64,000 nucleotides of DNA, from assembly GCA_024762875.1 (NCBI GenBank), contig JANTGR010000001.1, positions 45,338 to 109,337 on the forward strand, in the 5' to 3' direction. The notes below the pieces were generated by a model. The model ran no database searches, had not been told where the DNA came from, and saw only the letters and a list, made by a program, of their open reading frames with translations. The position numbers and the translations under genes were made by a program. Positions 58,490 to 64,000 of this stretch are shown one piece after another. Position 1 is the stretch's first letter. Each line of letters begins with the position of its first letter. The stretch comes from Sulfurospirillum sp. (lineage in GTDB: Bacteria; Campylobacterota; Campylobacteria; Campylobacterales; QNZT01).

Positions 58490-60199
58490 TTGATTTTATA
58501 TGACCAAAACTATGATTTTATCGGTGTAAGCAATGAAACACTCAGTTATCTGGGGTATGAAGATTTATCAGATTTTACTTCACAACACAGTGATTTTGCC
58601 AATCTTTTGGTACAAAAAGAAGGATATATTTACAAATTCCAAAATTTTTCCTGGATTGATTTTATTCTTTATAGTGGTTCACCCAACAAATCAGCCATAT
58701 TGAAACTCAAAGGCGGAGATGAACTGGAGATCAAACTCAGTGTGAAAGAGATTTTTTTAACCACAGAGTTAAATAACAGCAAAAAATTTTATGCTGTACG
58801 TATTCTGAGTGATAATTTTGTCAATATTGCAGCAAAAACAGATGCCACCATTACAAAGCAGTCACCTGCTAAAAATCAATTTAATTTAAATAATCTTATT
58901 ACAGAAGAAGCCGCCCCTGATATGGCTGCGCCAGAGCCAGAGAATATATCTCTTGATGTTCCCCCATCTATTCCTGTAGAAGAACCCAAAGAGCGTCAAG
59001 ATGATTTTGTATTGAATTTTCCTTATATGGATGAGATAGAAGAAAAAGAAGAGACTCCTACGGTAGATTTACGAGAAGAAGATACATCATTTACACTTTC
59101 GATGCCAGAAGAGCCGCAGGCAGAAGCATCTGATTTTAAATTGGATTTTGGGCATGATACAGCAACTAGGGAGCAATCTTCTACGCAAAATATATCAGAA
59201 GAGTTGTCTCTGGATTTTTTAAAACCGGAAACAACCAAAACAGAGGCTGTTTCTCAAGAGAGTGAAGTTGAGAATGCAGTACAAATGAAAGAGGAAGCCC
59301 AGGATCTGACACTGAACTTTTTAAAAGAGGATAGTAGTGTTGAAGCTGAGCACTCCTCCCCCGGTTTACCTGATACAAGAGAAGCAGCAACATCTGATTT
59401 TAAATTACGGTATGCCAAAGAGGATGATGAGCAAGAAGAGCCTAATCTTCACTTTTTAAAGACTGATGAAGCAGAAGAGCCAACAGAAAATCCGGTACGT
59501 GAAACGCTCATAAGTGAAGAGAGTGCACCTACGCTTGATTTTCTCAAAGAGCAGACCAGTCATGAAGAGGATAGCCAAGACAATCCGGCAAAAAAAGCTC
59601 AAATTATTGCCCAAATCAAAAATGATATTGAAGAGATAGATTCACTGAGTACATCAGAAGAGAATGAGAATACGACAGAGGCTCTCAATAGTTATCTTTT
59701 TAATAAAAATGAAGCTAAAAATGAGAAAAAGTCATTTACAAAGACACTTTCATCCCTCTTTGCAAAAGAGCAGACACCCTCTGTTAAAGATACAAGAGAG
59801 AATGAAACCGCCGTGTTAAAAAAAAATGACAAGGAAGAAAAAACAGATTTCATAGCCAGGGATATGCTGCAAGAGTACCGGTTCCCGACACTGGCAACTT
59901 TGGGACTGGAAAAAGCGGAAGAAGATGATTTGATTGCTGAGTTTGTCAATGATACCAAAAACAATATGAGGCTCTTTAAAGACTGTATCGATTCTCATGA
60001 TCTAAACCAGGCTGAATATACACTCATCAAGATGCAAAGCTCGGCTTCTCTTTTGAATTTAAATGATATAATTCACACTTTGGATACTATCAAAACAGCT
60101 TGCAATACAGAACAGTTTGAGGATATCAATCCTTTGATGAAAAATTTAAACAATCAGGTACATACCTTGGAAAGCTACTTAGAGAGTGAACCTGCCTAA
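58490..60199 (+). CDS. acidic signalling-associated protein: PAS-like N-terminus, repeated LxFLK-type motifs, C-terminal Hpt-like helix bundle lacking the His
   Basis: 569 aa with a TTG start. The N-terminal ~110 aa look PAS-like. The central Glu/Asp-rich region contains at least 7 copies of a short motif ([66 protein letters not shown]). The C-terminus [15 protein letters not shown] resembles the Hpt HxxKGSS region without the His. Confidence 0.6.
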   Translation: MILYDQNYDFIGVSNETLSYLGYEDLSDFTSQHSDFANLLVQKEGYIYKFQNFSWIDFILYSGSPNKSAILKLKGGDELEIKLSVKEIFLTTELNNSKKFYAVRILSDNFVNIAAKTDATITKQSPAKNQFNLNNLITEEAAPDMAAPEPENISLDVPPSIPVEEPKERQDDFVLNFPYMDEIEEKEETPTVDLREEDTSFTLSMPEEPQAEASDFKLDFGHDTATREQSSTQNISEELSLDFLKPETTKTEAVSQESEVENAVQMKEEAQDLTLNFLKEDSSVEAEHSSPGLPDTREAATSDFKLRYAKEDDEQEEPNLHFLKTDEAEEPTENPVRETLISEESAPTLDFLKEQTSHEEDSQDNPAKKAQIIAQIKNDIEEIDSLSTSEENENTTEALNSYLFNKNEAKNEKKSFTKTLSSLFAKEQTPSVKDTRENETAVLKKNDKEEKTDFIARDMLQEYRFPTLATLGLEKAEEDDLIAEFVNDTKNNMRLFKDCIDSHDLNQAEYTLIKMQSSASLLNLNDIIHTLDTIKTACNTEQFEDINPLMKNLNNQVHTLESYLESEPA

Positions 60200-60222
60200 C
60201 ACTCATAGGGGAATTAAAGAAG

Positions 60223-63200
60223 ATGAAAATTAAAAATAATTTAAAATTAATAACCATTGTACCAATTGTCTTGTTGACACTGGTATCGGGTTATTTTTTA
60301 GTAAAAGCGTATCAAAACTACAGTGACAATCAGCAGATTACAAAGCTTGCTTATGAAAGTAAGCTGCTCAAGTCTCTCTCTATCAATTTAGCCAGAGAAC
60401 GTGGACTCAGTACACTCTATACCTTAAGTAAACAAGAGAAAACGCAAAGCCTGTTACAGAAGCAAAGAGCCAGTACAGACCAGGCCGTGCAATATGTCAA
60501 GCAATACTATCATACCCATTCTCCTTCACCACTCGTAGAGAGTAAAGTTTTGACCAAATTAAATGCTTTAAACAGCATCCGGGAAAAATTAAACGATTTT
60601 GCACTGCGCTATGAATCTTCATTTGCCTACTTTGACACTATTAACAGTGCAATTATCCAGGAAATTCAATCTACACTGAAGAGTCAAAAAAATGTCCAAA
60701 TCAATAACCTAGCTCTTGGTTATACTAAAACGATGCAATTGATGCGGGCAGTATCCAATGAACGAGACTATGTCACCAATGTCTTGAGCAATTCTACCCA
60801 AAAAGAGCCTCTTTTGCTTTTAAATATCTTTCAAAACAGCAGTATCAAGCCGGCTATAGACAGTCTGGATGAAGAGACAAAAGCAGATTTGAAAGAAGTG
60901 TTAAATGAGCGGGAGTTATTAACAGTCATCAAAGAGACGCAGGAGATGAAGAAAGAACTGCTGCAAAGTAATAATTATACTATTAACCCCATAAACTGGT
61001 TTACCAAAGAGACACAAAAAATAATGTCAATCAATAAAGTGACCAATAGTATATTCAATAAAATCGAAAATGCATTGACCGAGAGTCAAAATCAGTCCTA
61101 TTTATTGGCTGCCATTGCAGGGCTGTTATTTTTGTTGTCACTTTATATGTTATATACCTATAAAAAGTTTTATGAGTATCTATACTCAACCAAAGGGTTG
61201 GAAGGTATTTTAAATAAAATTATTGATTATGCCCTGATTGAAGATACAATAGATTTGGGAACAACTGAAGGTATCGACAAGACGTATTCTGTGATTGAAA
61301 ATACAGTAGATAAAATTGCTGTTGAAAAAAGAAAAGCAGAAAGATCCAATGCGGCCAAAAGTATCTTTTTAGCCAATATGTCCCATGAAATACGTACGCC
61401 TATCAATGGAATCATCGGTTTTACAGAACTCCTTAAGAAAAGTGACCTGGGTGAGGAAGAGAAAGAGTATGTCGATATCATTGACAAAAGTACTGAAAAC
61501 TTACTGGAGATCATCAACAATATCCTTGACCTTTCAAAAATAGAGAGTAAAAAAATAGAATTGGATGAGATACTTTTCTCACCGGTAGAAGAGTTTGAAA
61601 ATGCAGTCGATGTCTATATGCCAAAAGCAGCAAGCAAAAATATCAATCTTTCGCTGCTGATGGATCCTGGATTTGACAATTATCTGCTGGGTGATGGTGT
61701 TAAAATCAAAGAAATCCTGTTAAACCTGATTTCCAATGCTATCAAATTTACACCAGAAAATGGCCAAATATCTGTTTTGATCAAAAATCTTTCACAGCCT
61801 CAAGATGTAAAACAAAAGATCTATTTTGAAGTGAGTGATTCTGGAATCGGAATCAGTGAGGAAGAGATGTCTGATATCTTTGATGCCTTTTCTCAGGCTG
61901 ATTCGACCATCACAAGAAAATACGGCGGAACCGGACTCGGATTGACGATTTCATCTAATTATGTTTCACTGATGGGCGGTAAATTGGAAGTAAGCAGTAA
62001 AAAAGATGTAGGCAGTAATTTTTACTTTACAATTGAATTACAAAAAGAAAAACCACTGAAAGTCAGTCAAAAAAACAGATTTTCAACGATGCATGCTTTG
62101 ATACTCTCTGCAAATAACAAACTGCTCTGTGAAGAAGAAAAAGCGTATATGCAATATTTTGGCAGCAAAGCCGCTGTTATGAGTCTGAATGAATTTAAAA
62201 AAATCAAGCCGGATAAAAATACAATCATCATTGCGCAGTATGCCACCTTGAAAAAAGCAGATTACAGTTATCTCAAAGAACAAAAACAGCCGGTTATCAT
62301 GATCATGCCGACCAAGTATCATACCAGATTGTCTGAATATAGAACCAAGAGCGTTTTCCCGACCTTTGAGCCAGTCAATCTATCCAGATTTGTCAAGGTG
62401 TTAACTGATATCGCTACCAAATATCATATCAACTTTGTTCCGGAAATCAGTGATCAAAAAATACCTGTCAAAAAACGCAGCAATAAAATAAAAAGAGAGA
62501 TTTTGATTGCGGAAGACAATGAAATAAACCAAAAACTCTTAAGTCGGATTATCAAAAATTTTGATTTGAATGTCAGTTCTGTCGTAAATGGCAAAGAGGC
62601 GGTAGAAGCTGTTAAAAATGGGCATTTTGATCTGATATTTATGGATATTGCGATGCCGGTAATGGATGGTGTCAGTGCGACCAAAGCCATCATCGCTTAT
62701 GAAAAAGCACAAGGTGTGGAGCATACACCTATTGTTGCATTGACAGCCAATGCACTCAAAGGGGATAAAGAACGCTTTTTAAACGATGGTTTGGATGATT
62801 ATATCGCCAAGCCGGCAAAAGAAAAGGATATCAAAGCCGTTTTGGAAAAATATGATATAACACTCAATATCAGTGATGCAGAGCGTGCAGCGGCAGAAGA
62901 AGAATCCGAAGTTGAAGCAGTGCCGCCGGCAGTTATCTCTGATCCATTAGCCAAACAAAAAGAGATGAAAAATATTCTTGTGTATAAAAAAAGCAAGGTA
63001 GAAACCAAAATATTTGAAAAAGTACTGAGTAAAGATTATGATGATATTGAAACAGTCAATGATCTGGAGACGTTCTTTACAAAACTGCGTGATAATGTCT
63101 ATCGTGTGGTAATGGTTGATAAAGAAATCGAGGGGCTGGATCTTCGTGTGATGCTTGATAACATTGAAGAGCGGGATAGAACTGCCCTGCTTTTGTTTAG

Positions 63201-63309
63201 AAGTTTTGATTCTATTATAGATGATCAAATGAGACGGGAGTTTGATGAGGTACTAATCAACAGTGCGGATCAAACCTATCTCAAGCTTATCCTGGACAAT
63301 TACCTCTAA
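60223..63309 (+). CDS. hybrid sensor histidine kinase (NIT-like sensor, HisKA, HATPase_c, receiver, extra receiver-like domains)
   Basis: 1028 aa. It has an N-terminal TM helix and a sensor region with NIT-like motifs ([23 protein letters not shown]), then a second TM helix. The H-box is [19 protein letters not shown], and the N/G boxes are [15 protein letters not shown] and GGTGLGL. The REC domain reads [11 protein letters not shown]...[14 protein letters not shown]...KPA. Confidence 0.9.
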   Translation: MKIKNNLKLITIVPIVLLTLVSGYFLVKAYQNYSDNQQITKLAYESKLLKSLSINLARERGLSTLYTLSKQEKTQSLLQKQRASTDQAVQYVKQYYHTHSPSPLVESKVLTKLNALNSIREKLNDFALRYESSFAYFDTINSAIIQEIQSTLKSQKNVQINNLALGYTKTMQLMRAVSNERDYVTNVLSNSTQKEPLLLLNIFQNSSIKPAIDSLDEETKADLKEVLNERELLTVIKETQEMKKELLQSNNYTINPINWFTKETQKIMSINKVTNSIFNKIENALTESQNQSYLLAAIAGLLFLLSLYMLYTYKKFYEYLYSTKGLEGILNKIIDYALIEDTIDLGTTEGIDKTYSVIENTVDKIAVEKRKAERSNAAKSIFLANMSHEIRTPINGIIGFTELLKKSDLGEEEKEYVDIIDKSTENLLEIINNILDLSKIESKKIELDEILFSPVEEFENAVDVYMPKAASKNINLSLLMDPGFDNYLLGDGVKIKEILLNLISNAIKFTPENGQISVLIKNLSQPQDVKQKIYFEVSDSGIGISEEEMSDIFDAFSQADSTITRKYGGTGLGLTISSNYVSLMGGKLEVSSKKDVGSNFYFTIELQKEKPLKVSQKNRFSTMHALILSANNKLLCEEEKAYMQYFGSKAAVMSLNEFKKIKPDKNTIIIAQYATLKKADYSYLKEQKQPVIMIMPTKYHTRLSEYRTKSVFPTFEPVNLSRFVKVLTDIATKYHINFVPEISDQKIPVKKRSNKIKREILIAEDNEINQKLLSRIIKNFDLNVSSVVNGKEAVEAVKNGHFDLIFMDIAMPVMDGVSATKAIIAYEKAQGVEHTPIVALTANALKGDKERFLNDGLDDYIAKPAKEKDIKAVLEKYDITLNISDAERAAAEEESEVEAVPPAVISDPLAKQKEMKNILVYKKSKVETKIFEKVLSKDYDDIETVNDLETFFTKLRDNVYRVVMVDKEIEGLDLRVMLDNIEERDRTALLLFRSFDSIIDDQMRREFDEVLINSADQTYLKLILDNYL

Positions 63310-63316
63310 ATAAAAC

Positions 63317-63344
63317 TATCATGATAAAAGCTCTATCATGATAG
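63317..63344. repeat. two perfect copies of the iterated palindrome 17 bp apart in a convergent intergenic spacer
   Basis: TATCATGATA occurs at 63317-63326 and at 63334-63343, the second within CTATCATGATAG. The pair fills most of the 46-bp gap between the kinase stop (63309) and the minus-strand gene stop (63356). Confidence 0.9.
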
Positions 63345-63355
63345 TGGCAGGATGT

Positions 63356-64000
63356 TTATTGGGAAGGTGTATCCTTTTTGCCATGAGCATAGATATATGC
63401 ATATAAATCAGCAACCCATTCCTTTTTTACATTTTCCACATGGGGACAGATATTGTGTACTTCATGAACAAAACTTTCTACGTTTCTAAGCTCTTCCCAC
63501 TCTGTCTGTGTGTGTTTTTCTGCAAGTTCTCTGCCCGTCATACCGCAGCGTTTTTGTAAATAGTCCTCGTAGATTTTTTGGCCGCGCTGCTGGTCATCAC
63601 TGATAATTTCCATTTGTGCTTTTGCCACTTCAACTGCAGCAACAGATTGTGATATTTTGGCCAAGGCATCTGCCTGTGCAACTTTGACAGCACCTACTGA
63701 TTCTGCCATCGTTTTTGCTGCCACAGCTTTCGCATCTGCCAACTCTTTGGAATCTTCACCATAAAGTCTTTTATTCATCTCTACCACAGCTATACTCTTG
63801 GACATCTTGACAGCAGCATCAGCTTTGACCTCTTCAACATCTGCCATGGAATGAGCTATTTTGCCTTTTTCCTGTTCTTTTAACGCTTCAATTGAAATAG
63901 CTGGTCTTGGATTAGTGGCTGCCCTGGCTGCTTCTACAGAGTTGACGGAGGCAGCGATGGTTGCAGCAGCTGCAGCCTGGGCTGCTTTCACCTCATGAAC
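63356..64000 (-). CDS. hypothetical Ala-rich repeat protein with Cys-containing C-terminal domain (partial; frame stays open to the window edge)
   Basis: The frame is open upstream of the GTG at 63991 (VHEV...). The protein has Ala-rich amphipathic repeats (SVNSVEAARAA, SIAVVEMNK, SVGAVKVAQADALAKISQSVAAVEVAKAQ). The C-terminus reads GQKIYEDYLQKRCGMTGRELAEKHTQTEWEEL...HNICPH, which is cytochrome-c-like in layout but has no CxxCH. Confidence 0.45.
   Translation of the reverse strand, partial: VHEVKAAQAAAAATIAASVNSVEAARAATNPRPAISIEALKEQEKGKIAHSMADVEEVKADAAVKMSKSIAVVEMNKRLYGEDSKELADAKAVAAKTMAESVGAVKVAQADALAKISQSVAAVEVAKAQMEIISDDQQRGQKIYEDYLQKRCGMTGRELAEKHTQTEWEELRNVESFVHEVHNICPHVENVKKEWVADLYAYIYAHGKKDTPSQ

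Noticed and set aside
1-64000. A search for CRISPR arrays, rRNA, tmRNA, RNase P RNA, transposases, integrases, toxin-antitoxin pairs, restriction-modification or other defence genes.
   Set aside because: I saw no direct-repeat/spacer arrays. No ORF carries a recognisable nuclease, methyltransferase, recombinase or phage motif. The window reads as conserved core chromosome. The only mobile-element-like sequences are the protein-less inverted-repeat elements reported above.

Overview
This is a 64-kb, AT-rich window (roughly one-third G+C by eye, not computed) of tightly packed chromosomal core genes. It most likely comes from a member of the Campylobacterota (epsilonproteobacteria). That assignment is an inference from three things: Campylobacter/Helicobacter-like protein sequences (MnmE, RnpA, AtpE with an N-terminal extension, class II DAHP synthase), TGnTAnAAT extended -10 promoters, and a structured leader 5' of purD. 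I support about 58 protein-coding genes. They cover purine synthesis (purC-purS-purQ, purL, purD, guaA), ilvB-ilvN-lpxD, the rpmH-rnpA-yidD-yidC-jag-mnmE cluster, valS, glyS, murF, htpG, pnp, atpE, lptD, an MCE protein, flgH, rmuC, uvrC, nadB, hemD, and several two-component signalling proteins. There is one tRNA-Leu(GAG) and a few hairpin terminators and promoters. I saw no rRNA, no CRISPR array, and no transposase, integrase, phage or recognisable defence genes. The most unusual signal is not a gene. The perfect 10-bp palindrome TATCATGATA (extended consensus YTATCATGATAR) occurs at least 25 times, against fewer than 1 expected from base composition. It lies in intergenic spacers and in both stop-free reading frames of unrelated genes on both strands, which resembles cyanobacterial HIP1 or DNA-uptake sequences. 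Secondary observations: a 272-bp nested inverted-repeat element (5853-6124); a second inverted-repeat spacer (35133-35324); a small protein ending in an FtsZ-like C-terminal peptide; rnpA and mnmE, whose conserved N-termini lie upstream of any canonical start codon; a MurF with a membrane domain in place of its N-terminal domain; a 23-aa-repeat peptidoglycan-binding lipoprotein; and a PAS/acidic-repeat/His-less Hpt-like protein next to a NIT-type hybrid histidine kinase. All calls rest on reading the sequence and the supplied ORF translations. No database search was possible.
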